Below are positions 1 through 12,120 of a stretch of DNA of 64,000 nucleotides, piece by piece. This DNA comes from Octopus sinensis. Its lineage: Eukaryota. The stretch's first letter is position 1, and every line of letters begins with the position of its first letter. A program made the translations under genes and the position numbers. The notes below the pieces were generated by a model. It was not told the DNA's origin, searched no databases, and saw nothing but the letters and a program-made list of their open reading frames with translations. The stretch is from assembly GCF_006345805.1 (NCBI RefSeq), contig NC_043001.1, positions 55,428,001-55,492,000 on the forward strand. The letters run 5' to 3'.

Positions 1-140
1 GCTTTCCAACCATATGGTCCTGGATTCAGTCTCACTGCATGGCACCTTGGGCAAGAGTCTTATACTACAGTCTCAGGCTGATCAAAGCCTTGTGAGTGGA
101 TTTGGTAGATGGAGACTGAAAGAAGCCTGTCATGTGTGTA

Positions 141-198
<58 letters not shown>

Positions 199-805
199 GA
201 GGCGCAATGGCCCAGTGGTTAGGGTAGTAGACTCGTGGTTGTAGGATCGCAGTTTCGATTACCAGACCGGGTGTTGTGAGTGTTTATTGAGCGAAAACAC
301 CTAAAGCTCCATGAGGCTCAGGTAGGGGGTGGTGGCAAACCCTGCTGTACTCTTTCACCACAACTTTCTCTCACTCTATCTTCCTGTTTCTGTTATACCT
401 GTATTTCAAAGGGCCAGCCTTGTCACACTCTGTGTCATGCTGAATCTCCCCAAGAACTACGTTAAGGGTACATGTGTCTGTAGAATGCTCAGCCACTTGC
501 ATGTTAATTTCATGAAGAGGCTGTTCTGTTGATCGGATCAACTGGAACCCTCATTGCCGTAACTGACAGAGTGCCACTCTCTCTCTCTCTCTATATATAT
601 ATATTGTGTGTGTGGCTTTGTGTTAATATTTCTCTCCCACTACAGCTTGACAACCAATGTTAGTGTGTTTATGTCCTCATAGCCTAGTGGTTCAGCAAAA
701 GAGACCTATAGAATAAGTACCAGAGTCAATTCATTTGAGTAAAATACTTCAAAGCAGTGCCACAGCATGGTCACAGTCTACTGAGTGAAACAAGTGAAAA
801 AAGGG
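1..805 (+). mobile_element. SINE family A copy (truncated head), interrupted by a family C SINE
   Basis: Core gcaccttgggcaag...gagtggatttggtagatggagactgaaagaagcc at 1-130, internal (TG)/(TA) tract, and tail gcttgacaacc...gaataagtac...cagcatggtcacagtc...gaaacaagt at about 605-805, matching the full copy at 28061-28461. Confidence 0.75.
198..576 (+). mobile_element. tRNA-derived SINE family C (tail type X)
   Basis: Starts ggaggcgcaatggcccagtggttagg (A-box-like TGGCCCAGTGG, B-box-like GTTTCGATTACC). First about 190 nt are nearly identical to 33208-33395. Confidence 0.8.
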
Positions 806-825
806 TGTATCTATATACATGTGTA

Positions 826-1105
826 TCATCATCATCATCATCATCGTTTAACGTCCGCTTTCCATGCTAGCATGGGTTGGACGATTTTGACTGAGGGCTG
901 GCGAACCAGATGGCTGCACCACACTCCAATCTTGATCTGGCAAAGTTTCTACAGCTGGATGCCCTTCCTAACGCCAACCACTCCGAGAGTGTAGTGGGTG
1001 CTTTTTACGTGCCACCGGCATGGGCGCCAGTCAGGCAGTACTGGCAACGACCTCGCTCGAATCTTTTTACACGTTCCACTGGTGCCAGTGAAGCGACGTT
1101 GGTCT
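826..1105 (-). mobile_element. RTE-clade LINE 3' UTR/tail
   Basis: Minus strand reads ggcacgtaaaaagcacc...ggcgttaggaagggcatccagctgtagaaa...cccatgctagcatggaaagcggacgttaaacga(tga)n, the same tail seen on copies that retain ORF2 ends. Confidence 0.7.
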
Positions 1106-1124
1106 GTATATATATATATATATG

Positions 1125-1472
1125 TCATTATCATCATTTAATGTCCATTGTCCATGCTGGCATGGGTTGGATGGTTTGACCAGGGTTGGCAAGCAAGAAG
1201 GCTGCATCAGACTCCAGTCTTATTTGGTATGGTTTCTACAGCTGGATGCCTTTCCTAATGCCAACCACTCCAAGAGCATAGTTGGTGCTTTTACGTGCCA
1301 CCAGCACAGGTGCCATTTGTGTGACACTGGTATTTTCCACAACTGCAATTTTGCTCAGCTTGGTGGGTCTTCTGAAGCATGACATAACGCCAAAGGTCCT
1401 GGTCATTGTTTCCCAGAGGCCCAATGCATGAAAGAAACTCAGCCACCTTGCCTCTGTGAGGCCCAACACTTG
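1125..1472 (-). mobile_element. RTE-clade LINE 3' end with ORF2 C-terminal relic
   Basis: Minus-strand frames give LGLTEA...NDQDLWRYVMLQKTHQA, followed by the shared UTR and (GAT)n tail. Confidence 0.72.
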
Positions 1473-1513
<41 letters not shown>

Positions 1514-1941
1514 TACATATACACCTTACTTCAGTATACGTTCTTCATGCAGAAGGCATTTTCAGGAAATTTTCCCAAGTCATAATTTTCAATTGCTTAA
1601 TCAGTGAAAATATTTTCATTTAGATGCTATATATTCTCACAGGCTCGTTAAGTACAGCTGAGATTCTGTTTCTCTGAGGTGGTCTAATAAGAGCGAAACA
1701 TAGCAGGAGATTTCAGTGTACCAACCAAAGGTCAAACTCACTCTCTAGTTCATGCTCCCATTCAATTTCTAATTAATTTGAATTCAAGAGTTCCCTCATT
1801 CATCTTTGACAAAAATTATCACTTTCTCTAATGAGTTTTACTTCACAATATGAGTATAATTTTAATTGATTAGACAATTTATGGCAGGTCACATTACACT
1901 GAGTCTACCAAAAGCTGCATGTATATGCTTGGATGTGTGTA

Positions 1942-1999
<58 letters not shown>

Positions 2000-2869
2000 T
2001 ATATGTGTGTAAGAGAATATATTTACCTTTTGCATGCATATATATATGATGTAAAAATGAATTGTGTATGTATGTGCATTTGTGTATATGTGCTTATGTG
2101 TTTTCTCTGTGTGTATATGTGTGTGTGCATATGAAAGTGAATAAATGCGCCTTTGCATGCATGTACATAACAGTTTATATGTATGAATATATGATATGTA
2201 TTTGTTATCCACCTTGTAGATGTGCTAATGGCTACTTTTATATAAAAGTAACTGTTTGCATATGTATACCTGTTTTAAAATGTATGTCATCATATACATC
2301 TATGCAAATATACTTAATAACATATGCATGCACATACACAGACACTACATATTTACACGAACACACACTCACTCACTAAAGCTGAAAATCAAGAAGGTGT
2401 GTGTTAGCACTGGGTTTGTTTGGTGCATAGATTTGCTCTGGTTAGATTTGATCTGATGAAGATGGTATAAGGCAGATAGATGATGGTAGTGGATGTGGTG
2501 AAGATAGTGGGGATAGCAGTAATAAGGTAGCTTTAGTTATGATGGCACCAACTATAATAGTGGTAGCTGCAGTTGTAGAGACATCAGTGGTAATGGTGAT
2601 AGTGGTATTGGTGTTGGTAACCAGGAGGTAGTAGTGTTGGCAGCAGTGGTAATGTCCAAAGTGCAATGTCAATATGTCATGTAGACTTTGTCTTTCATTT
2701 TTAAGAGTTGAGAAAGATACTGGGTCAATCGCAATCAGTTATACTACCAATTATACTCTACCAATTTTGTGGCCTCCCAGAACTTTGCAGCAGTAAAACA
2801 GCAGTGGTGGTGGTGGCGATGGTATTCATAGTTACATTGTGAAGCATAATCCCTAGTTACATTTGTGGA

Positions 2870-3253
2870 GGGAAACCTGTGGAAGGGGTAGACTCACGAA
2901 GATGTGGGACGAAGTGGTGAGAAAGGATCTTCAGATGTCGGGCCTCACTAAGGAAATTATAAGAGTCTGAGTCATCTGGTGATTTGCTGTATTTGAGAAG
3001 AAATGTCAAGCTTAGTAAGATTGTGGCCATCTATCCATACAGACATGTCCTTTATAGCCATGCCTCCACTCCTTCTCCCAGTTGAAAGATCTCTGTCTTG
3101 CAGGTGCCAGTGCTACATAAAATGCACATGTGCCAGTGTCACATAAAGTGCACTCATGCTGATTCTATGTAGGATGCACTTGCACTGGTTCCACACAAAA
3201 TGCACTTATCTAGTACCCTGCAAAATGCACTTGTACGTTAACTCTCTTATATT

Positions 3254-3286
<33 letters not shown>

Positions 3287-3445
3287 TATATATGTGAGGT
3301 TGGTGTTAGGAAGGACATCCAACCATAGAAACCACACCAAAACAGGACACTTGAAGCTTAGAGAGCTTTCTGGATGGCTAGCTCCTGCCAAACCATCCAA
3401 CACATGCCAGCGTGGAAAACGGACGTTAAATGATGATGATAATGA
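2870..3445 (+). mobile_element. RTE-clade LINE 3' end, 26-nt-repeat subfamily
   Basis: Translates ETCGRGRLTKMWDEVVRKDLQMSGLTKEI...FAVFEKKCQA* (RTE-like RGRPxKxW motif). The UTR has about five 26-nt repeats, an inserted (TA)n and a (GAT)n tail, and is collinear with 40948-41345 on the minus strand. Confidence 0.75.
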
Positions 3446-3842
3446 TGAGGCAATAAAAAGGAAGCAGTATTGGTTGTGGCTACATTTCAGAGACAATTGG
3501 TAAGAGTGGTAGTGGTGAATGCATACGAAGAATGGTATGGCACTGCCAATGATGGTGGTATATTTTGAAACAGTGGTTGTGGTGATGGTGGTGACAGTTA
3601 AATTATGAAGCAGTATGAAAAATGGTGTCTGTAGGGAAGATGAGTAAATGAAGGAACAATGAATGGAAGTGGTAGGAATGAAGATGGTGATTCTATTTGA
3701 GCGAGTTGGAATGGCTGAGGCAGTAGTGGTGTCTATATTGAAGATCAGAAGAATGGTAGTAATAGGTGTAAAGGAAGGTAAGGGGGCAAGGGTGAGGGTA
3801 AGGTGAGAGAGAAAAACAGATACACACACATTAAAGAGAGAA

Positions 3843-4144
3843 GACCCCCTTTGGTAATGAACAACCCCCTGAGGCACAAGTTCAGGTAAGGTTGTTTATG
3901 GAAGACTAGCAGTTGCTCATGCATACCAGCTTCCCCTCTCCGTGCCACCATTGTTATCCAAGGGAAAGGCAAAAGACAATAAAGCTTGGCACCAGTGATG
4001 TTGCAACTCATTTTTACAGCTGAGTGAACTGGAGCAATGTCAAATAAACTGACTTGCTAAAGAATACAACATGCAACCTGGTCCAGGGATTGAACCCACC
4101 ACTTCATGACTGTGAGCCCAACGTTCAAACCACTAAGTCATGTA
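3843..4144 (-). mobile_element. tRNA-derived SINE family E with CORE-like central domain
   Basis: Minus strand: tRNA-like head (cttagtggtttgaacgttgggctcacagtcatgaagtggtgggttcaatccctgg), then gtattctttagcaagtcagtttatttgacattgctccagttcactcagctgtaaaaatgagt. Confidence 0.65.
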
Positions 4145-5089
4145 CGTGTGTGTGTAAATATATATGCATGTATATATGTATATACATATAGTTATGGTAT
4201 ATTCTGTTAAGTACATAGTAGAGTACAGTATAAAGCTGATCCACCTTCAGATTTCACCCTTCGCTATCCATGAGTAGTATTATAAGTATTTCCCAGTTTG
4301 CATTTGGGCTTCTGTTGTGTGTGAATAGATAATTGAAAGAATTGGAGTCGAAAAGAAGGAGTACGGTTGGACATCTATTTTTAATCAGTACAATTGATTC
4401 TAAGTAATGTAGTTCTCCAGGTGTGCAGGTACTTGATTATGCAACCGTTTCCCTGCATTTTCATTTCTATATATATATAACAATTTTTTACATTTTGGCA
4501 TATGCTGGTTTTTTTTTTTGAGAACACACTCTTTGTAGTAAGGTGATTTGACGTCTATCTCTAGCATATAGGAATCCACTTTAGTGGTCATTCCACTTAT
4601 TAATTGTAATTTTTAAATCTTTGGATTTTTTTTTATATGATAGACTACTGGTTTAAATTGATGTTAATTGATTGATATCAATCTCTACCCTCATTATTTT
4701 AATTATATATATATATATATATCATTAAAATATATGTATAGTTAGACATTCTGTTAAAGGCTTTCTCCAAGTCAACAAATGCAAGGAATAGTGATTTACT
4801 CTTGATTAAAATATTTGTCTTGCAACTGTCTCCCAAGGAAGAGTACTTCTGTGGGAATGAAGCGAAACTACATCTTCTCTTGGGTCATCACCCACAGTTC
4901 TGAATCACGTCTGCTATATGTATATGTATATATCATCATGGGTAAGATGAAATATCTTTGAGATAGATTCTCAAGTTAGATGCCCTTTCTATTGACAACC
5001 CTCACCTGTATCCAAAGAAAGGTAATATTGTAACATGAAAATCAGGAAATGAGCAACTTGCTTCTATGTCAGTGAAGCTCTATTCCAAT

Positions 5090-5137
<48 letters not shown>

Positions 5138-5164
5138 ATATATGTATATATGTATATATATATA

Positions 5165-5505
5165 TGCTTGCCCAGGACAACACCCATCAAAATGATGGCG
5201 GTGTCAGTCCAAAACATTCATCCTCCATCACATCCAGCACATTGTTTCTCAGGGTAGCGGATGTGGCTGACTAGACCACTTTGAAATAGGCAGAACTTCT
5301 AACACTGCAGGCATCTGAACAACAGAGGCAAGGGGATTGATGATGATGATGATGATAAAGTCTCTTCCTCTCCTCATGCAGTCTCCTGCATTTAGTTCTG
5401 AGAGACTGAAGATACTTTGGAGTTATCTGATTTGGAACACTTCCAGTTGTTTGACCTGACACTGGTAAAGGGTCTAGCACTCAGACTTATACAGGAGGAT
5501 GGATA
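5165..5505 (-). mobile_element. Degenerate RTE/BovB-type LINE 3' end with C2H2 finger
   Basis: Minus-strand frames give LQSLRTKCRRLHEERKRL and FRCLQC*KFCLFQSGLVSHIRY (CxxC...SHxR as at RTE/BovB ORF2 ends). Frameshifted. Confidence 0.55.
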
Positions 5506-5544
5506 CACTAACAACTCGAGAAATGGAGATTTTTGTGCTTACTC

Positions 5545-5703
5545 TAAGGGCTTCTTTGCAGTTTCCATCAACCAAATCCACTCATACAGTTTTGGCTGGT
5601 CTAGGGCAATAGTAGAAAACACTTACCGAAGATGCTGCACAAGGAAATTGAGCACAAGACCATAAGGTTTGGAAGTAATTTTCCCAACCACACACCCATG
5701 CCT
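5545..5703 (-). mobile_element. SINE family A head/core fragment
   Basis: cagtttccatcaaccaaatccactca...agtagaaaacactt...ccaaccacacacccatgcctg is the reverse of the family A head and core. Confidence 0.6.
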
Positions 5704-5725
5704 GAAGCTCTCTCTCTCTTTACAT

Positions 5726-5758
<33 letters not shown>

Positions 5759-8204
5759 CACACACACAAATATGTAGTCATACATGCATACATATCTACA
5801 CCTTCATATGCATATATGTATATGCATTTATGAATGTATGCATATGAGTATGTATACACATATTTACAGAAACAGAGAGATGAGTAATGTCTTCAAACAG
5901 GAATTGCACACACTCTTCCACACCTAATATGCAAAAGGTTTTGTTTTTTTTTTATGGTCAGAATCCTTGGCATGCCTGCACGGATAATTTGTGTATGTGT
6001 GCAAGGAAATATCCTGACAGCAAAAAAATATGCCATGGGAGACATTGATGCATAAAAGCCATTTTTGTTTGCTGTCAGAAAGTTATTTGTTATGAATGAA
6101 AGATTAAAAAATTTGACAAACTGAAGCCGAGGTAAATTTTGCCTAATAAGAAATTATGAGGCGTCTTGCCATATGTTTTATTATTTCTAATATGTTGTGA
6201 GAAATTTTAGTGGAAAAACTAAAACCTTACATAAATTATCAATTCCACATCTCAGTAGCAGAGTTAATGCTTTTCGCTTAGAAATTGCAATGACTTGTAT
6301 AGTTATTTTTCTTTTCTGTGTTTTGCTTTTGTTTTGTTTGTTTTATTTCTTCCTATTTTGAAAGAAAGTGACACTCTACTGCAAGGCAAAAGACATCTTT
6401 GAATTATTAAGATGTGTAGAATTAATTAAAATATAATCTTAAGCAGGTGCTACAATTATAATTGCATAAAATCTTTAATGCCATCTCAGGTTAAAAATAA
6501 AGAAGTTAAAAAAACAATAACAACAAAAATAAGAAAAGAACTTAAAGGAATTTTCCATGAAAAGGGCTTGTTTGAACTTTGCCTAAATTTACAAGTCTTT
6601 AAATCATCACTTTTTAAGAAACCAAGCAATGGGTAGAAAAATAGCAAGCTTCTGGAAATGTTCCTTTTAGAATTTTTTTTTTTTTTTATTCTATGATTAA
6701 AATGAATTATAGATTTAACTTTTTCATTTATTGCTTTGCTTTTTAGTAATTAGAGTATTTTTTGAAATTCTCATGCAATACTAAATAAGATTATGAAAAT
6801 TGTATGGAATTTCTTTTTTTTTTTCTTCATTGTTGTTATTTTAATTCTTTTTCTTCAATTTATGAAGTTATTAACTGATTTATTTATATATATATACATT
6901 TGTTTTTCTTGAAATTTAATTGCTTCTGGGTGTTTTTCAATTATATAAAAAAAAATTTAAATAAAATAAATAAAAATTAATTTTAATTTAGATATATGAG
7001 TTTTAGAATTATCAAATTATTGAACATAAAAACTAATTTGTGTTCAAACAGTACAATAACGTATACATTAGATTTCAAAATCAAGATTTTTCTAACGTTT
7101 CAATTGGTACTATTGATTATACAATGTGTTAATTAAAGTTTGTTCTTTCCTAATTGCAAAATGCATTAATTAATGTATAGTATTAAGGATATTAAGGACT
7201 GTACAATGTGTCTTTGCCTGTGGTAAGATATATATATTGTGTATGGAATGTAAGTGACTAAGAAATGAGCTTGGTTTCTGTAACGAAAACTTGACTAGAA
7301 AGTACACAGGTAAAATAACACCTATTTTTGGTTGCTAAGATTAGAAGACAAAATGACACCTATATTAGGAGTAGTCTCCCCTACTAGCATAAGCAAAAAT
7401 GAAATTATTCATCATTGATTAATATTGTTTTTTTAATCCCCCTTCACATATAATTACTTCTAGTTAATTTTTTAATGCTTCCCTGTATAAAACATATTGA
7501 CAGTAACTTAGCATTTGATACAAAACTGACAGCACAACGATATGATGCTGACAGCACAAAGTATGAGAAATTAAAAATTGTCTTACAGACTAACCAGTTG
7601 TGATATACAGCTTTAAGCGATATACTAGACAATATGCCTTGTGGCTTTTGTTATAGCTCTGAGTTCAAATCCTGACAAGGTCAACTACATTTTTGTCTTT
7701 TCTAGTTTGAGAAAATAAAGTGCCAGTCCAGAATGGTAGATTGACACAACTATTAAACTATCAGACAAGGCACTTGGCAGTATTAGTTTTGATTGTGTTC
7801 TAAGTTCTTGGGTGAAAAACTTAATCTACTTCCTACTTAAAAAACCACCTCCCGAATGAAGTTCACTCTGTTGAGTTATGCCTCTGGTTTAATAACTTTA
7901 TCTTTACTTTCCAGTAGTCTTAGAGACCCTGAAAAAAAATAGGGAGGTCATTGGTGCTGTCCTTATCTTTCTGATTAAACAACAAAAAAAAGTGTGGTAA
8001 GATGACCAGATATAAAATTATTGCATATAAGTTCAATATTGTCGACAAAATCTATGAAGTTTTGTTTTTTTTTTGTTATTAATTGGTCAAAAAGAGGTTG
8101 GGGTAGTCTCACTCATGGTTTTGTTGGCCAACCACTCCCATGATGATGAAACCAAGGTGGCAGACATTCAGTTTGAACTTATATAAAAGGATTAGTGTGT
8201 AAGT

Positions 8205-8486
8205 GTGTGATTAGGGTATTGTTTGATACTCAGTGGCACATTATCCTTGAGCAAGAGACTTTATTTTGCATTCTTCCAGACTGATCAACTGGCAAAAATG
8301 AGTAGTACTGGTATTTCAAAGGGTTAACCATGTCATATTCTATGTCACACTGAATCTCTCTGAAAATTACTGAATGGATATGCACGTCTGTGGTGTATTC
8401 ATCCACTGGCACATTATTTTAACGAGCAGGCTGTTCTGTTGACAGGATCAACTGGCACCCTCACTGTCATAACTGACTGAGTGCCA
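8205..8486 (+). mobile_element. Chimeric SINE: family E-type core plus family C tail X
   Basis: tccttgagcaagagactttattt...ctggcaaaaatgagt (E-type core) followed by gtatttcaaaggg...ggctgttctgttgacaggatcaactggcaccctc...gagtgcca, matching 400-576. Confidence 0.62.
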
Positions 8487-9935
8487 TTAGAAAAAAATAC
8501 GTTCAAAAGAAAAAGGAGATTGAAAAACATATAGGTAAGAACCTGTACATGGTGTTCTAATATAATTTTCAATCTCAAGTAGGACACTTTATAGGATAAT
8601 ATATATATCAACCCCTGAACATGACAGATATTTTATTTTATTGGCCCTGGAAATGTGAAAGGCATTACAATTTGAACTCCGAAAATAGAGGGCTTGAGGA
8701 GGACCATGAAAGCAGTATTCATCTCATGGTTCCATCAGTCCTTTCACTACCAAACTGCAAGCTTAAAAAATAAAGAATAGATAAGTGGGTGTGATCTATG
8801 ATATTTGAATAGTAGCAGTAGTTAGCAGTAGCAGCAGCAATTTTCCAAATATGTGGGTAGTAACTGAATGTGGTCACACTAGAGCTTTTTAGAAGTTCAC
8901 AGCAATATATAAGGTCAGAGGGATATTTTCTTTATTTTTTGCACAGGAAGGGGAGAGTGTGTCTACCAATCTGGAGATAATACTGGTAGAGATGACAAAT
9001 TTTACTGACACCTCCCTTACCAAAAATATGAAAAGCAAATTCAGTTGATCACACTGGGATTTTAAACTCAGATATGCTCTTTCTTCTTTTTGTCTCTCCT
9101 ACCTTTACTGTAATGGGTTCTGCTCCACTGAACTAGCAAGTTACAAAACATTCCCAATCTCATCATTCCTATCTCAAACCCTCTTTCTTAACACTTTCCT
9201 TTATGATCAAATGCATTCCAGCTTTGATCAACCAACTTTTTTCTCAGACATAATGCATACAGTACTAGATTACCTAATGTGTCTTCTTTTACGAGACAGC
9301 AGGATTTTATCTGACCACAAAATACTCTGTTTTCTTCAATAGTTTTGTCTGACATAAGGGGGCTGAGTTCATAGTCTTTGCTTGCTCCCCAGATCAGTGA
9401 CAGATGTGGTAGATATTTTCTTTAAAGAACTGCAATTAGAAGGCAGCAGCAAAAACATGGACAGAGTATGATGCCTAGAAGGCTGACAACTGAGAAAAGA
9501 AATACTTGGTGAAGAAGCCAATGCAAGGCCTGGTGGGTTAGGCACAACATGGATGACAAGAAGAGAAGAGATGAGTGAGTGAGGAATGGCTGAATAGAGA
9601 TGATATAAAACCTGTGATCTCTGAAGGGCAGAAACCACTGTACTGGTGGTACAAAGGACAGAATGAGGAGACAGCCCACCATTGTCTGTGAAATAAAACG
9701 TCTTCAACAGAGAATTAAAAATGGGTCACAGAATCAACTTACTTTTTGAATCGAACCTATTTTTGGTTTTGTTTACTCAGACAAGCAAGATTGAGTTGAC
9801 CAATGTACCTTGCTCTGCTCATGAGCATAACACAACATAGGTTGTGGTAAGATTTGAACTTATGCTCATGCAATCAGTAGTCCCAGTACTTTAACCCAAT
9901 TATCACTGAGCCTTAACAGTTGCATAACTGTATTT

Positions 9936-10203
9936 CATCATCATCATCATCATTTAACATCCGTTTTTCCATGCTGGCATGGGTTGGATGGTTTGACTAA
10001 AAACTAGTAAGCTGGAGAGCTGCACTAAGTTTCAATCTGATTTGACATGGTTTCTACGGTTGGATGTTCTTCCTAATGCCAACCACTCCAAGAGTGTAGT
10101 GGGTGCTTTTTTACATGCCAGCGACAGAGGTGCCAATTATGAAACACCAACATTAGTCACAACTATGATCTCACTTGGCTTGACAAGTCTTCTGAAGCAC
10201 ATG
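9936..10203 (-). mobile_element. RTE-clade LINE 3' tail
   Basis: (cat)n ttaacatccgtttttccatgctggcatgggttgg...ggatgttcttcctaatgccaaccactcc; lies about 120 nt downstream of the robo donor. Confidence 0.7.
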
Positions 10204-10321
10204 AAAAATAGAAGTCAAAGAAGAGTTGGATAAATATGAATTCTCCAGCAGACAGTCACAGACAGAAATCACCATCCGTTTCCTAGAATTCAAAATTTTA
10301 CAATATAAAAATTACACTTAC

Positions 10322-10600
10322 CATATACAGTGAGTTTTGCAATTTTACTTTCTCGCTCTCCGGCTTTATTTACAGCAACACAGGTATAATCTCCTCCATC
10401 AGACTTTTCTATAGAAGACAATATTAAATCACCCTCGTCCTCCATCGTTATACGGCTATCTGTTGTAAGACTACTTGCATCCTTCCGCCAAATCACATGA
10501 GGTGGTGGTTCACCTCGAGGTGGACGACATTTCAAAATTGCAGTATCTCCAATGGCAACCATTGTATCAACTGGACCTACTTTAAAATCCTCTCGGAGAT
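10322..10600 (-). CDS. robo: Internal coding exon of a Roundabout-like receptor (Ig2-type I-set Ig domain)
   Basis: Minus strand: acceptor tttcttattttatatttcag|AT, donor TATG|gtaagt. 279 nt (93 codons), phase 1-1, no stops. Reads LREDFKVGPVDTMVAIGDTAILKCRPPRGEPPPHVIWRKDASSLTTDSRITMEDEGDLILSSIEKSDGGDYTCVAVNKAGERESKIAKLTVY, with Ig C...W...DxGxYxC and the Robo Ig2-like LRxDF, CxPPRG and RESxxAxL motifs. Confidence 0.88.
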
Positions 10601-10854
10601 CTGAAATATAAAATAAGAAATTTGTTAACTTTGTTTGGTTTTAGTTTGGTGTTGAAAATGAAAACCAAAATTTTTTCAGTACTCAATAAATAATTATAAA
10701 ATGATAATGATGATGATGATGATGGTGGTGGTGGTGCTGCTACTGAATATACGTGATGATGGTGGTGATGATGATGATGATACAGTAGTTTGTCGTTTTT
10801 GTCTTGACTAGGTTCTTACAGTGTCTAATATCAGTTTACACAGTAAAATCTGAG

Positions 10855-11010
10855 CTATTTAATTCATTCACACATGATCAGAAATATTCCAGACATGACC
10901 ATCATGACTGTTAGGCAGGTATCATGTATCTACAACTATGTTATCCAATGTAAATCTTAAAATATCAGCTTAGCAGTTATTTCTAGTGGGTCAAGTGACT
11001 ATATAGAGGC
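10855..11010 (+). repeat. Old dispersed repeat (family G) copy
   Basis: Motif gcagttatttctagtgggtcaagtgactatatagaggcttcc recurs in decayed form at about 19820, 20975, 21360, 39430, 41620, 41820 and 54350. Confidence 0.5.
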
Positions 11011-11478
11011 TTCCTTTCACATTGAATGGTTTTTATTTTTGTATTCATTATGTTCCAAAAAAAAAAAAAGAGTTCAGATACTTCAGGCTTAATTGTTACA
11101 CAACACAAACTGGTACCACAAACACACAAAGTATTACTTCTGTAATCTGCTATGTCGGTCATGTGGTACAAAAGTAATTTTTCAATCATCGGTACCTAGG
11201 TTCCAGTTTCAATTTTCACTCAAAAGAAATTCATTTCATCTAATACATTTTTCTATTTCTTTTTGTTGGTGGTGATGGTGGTGGGGGGGGGGGTGAAGGT
11301 ATTGAGAAACCTCACAACGTTTTCATATCTTTTACTTTATAATTCTTAATAGGATAAGTATAAAGAAAAACACAGATATGGTTTCTTTTCCTCAGACACT
11401 AAAGCTTTATTATCATTATCATCACCACAGATGTTGGGGAACAACACCAGCATCGCTCTTCTCATTGAACACTACCAC

Positions 11479-11509
<31 letters not shown>

Positions 11510-11932
11510 TTCATCAACAACAACAACATCTCTGATGTTGTCAAAAGTACAGCCACAATAATTATAATTACTGAAAGCATCCTTACTGCTATCACAAGTA
11601 CAGCAACAATAATAACAGTAATTTCTTTTATTTTCCACAGGGGCATCAGATGAAAGGGACATTACAAGGGCATGTGGAATTAAATAAAATATGAAGGGAA
11701 GAAAGGGACAAGAGCGGAATAAAGTAAAAAGATACATAATATTTGAGTAAATCCATGATACAGTCCTCCTCATATAGAGGAACAATCAGCTTACAGCCAA
11801 TCTAGGAGCCCTACAGATCACCCTGACCACTGAAATCACAAGCCCATGCCCAACTGTTGGTCCCCAATTTAAAGGTACATGCTTAGAATAAGTCCATTCA
11901 CCCTAACTATTTTTACCACAATCACCATATAT

Positions 11933-11978
<46 letters not shown>

Positions 11979-11984
11979 ATGAAC

Positions 11985-12120
11985 TACTTTTCAGTTTTTG
12001 TCAACGAAATTCACTCACAAGGCTTTGGGCAGCCTGAGGATCTAGAAGACACTTGCCCAAGGTGTCATGCAGTGGAACTTGTGATTGGAAAGCAAGCTTC
12101 TTACTACACAACCACACCTG
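11985..12120 (-). mobile_element. SINE family A head/core fragment
   Basis: cagtttttgtcaacgaaattcactcacaaggctttgg...gaagacacttgcccaaggtg...gcaagcttcttactacacaaccacacctg. Confidence 0.65.

Noticed and set aside
3206-3877. Longest ORF in the track (223 aa) and the many IY/CV/poly-I/poly-D ORFs
   Set aside because: Translations of microsatellites, low-complexity tracts and SINE/LINE tails; no domain motifs or splice context.
9440-9700. Purine-rich stretch resembling a LINE ORF2 end
   Set aside because: Only vague similarity in broken frames; not supportable.
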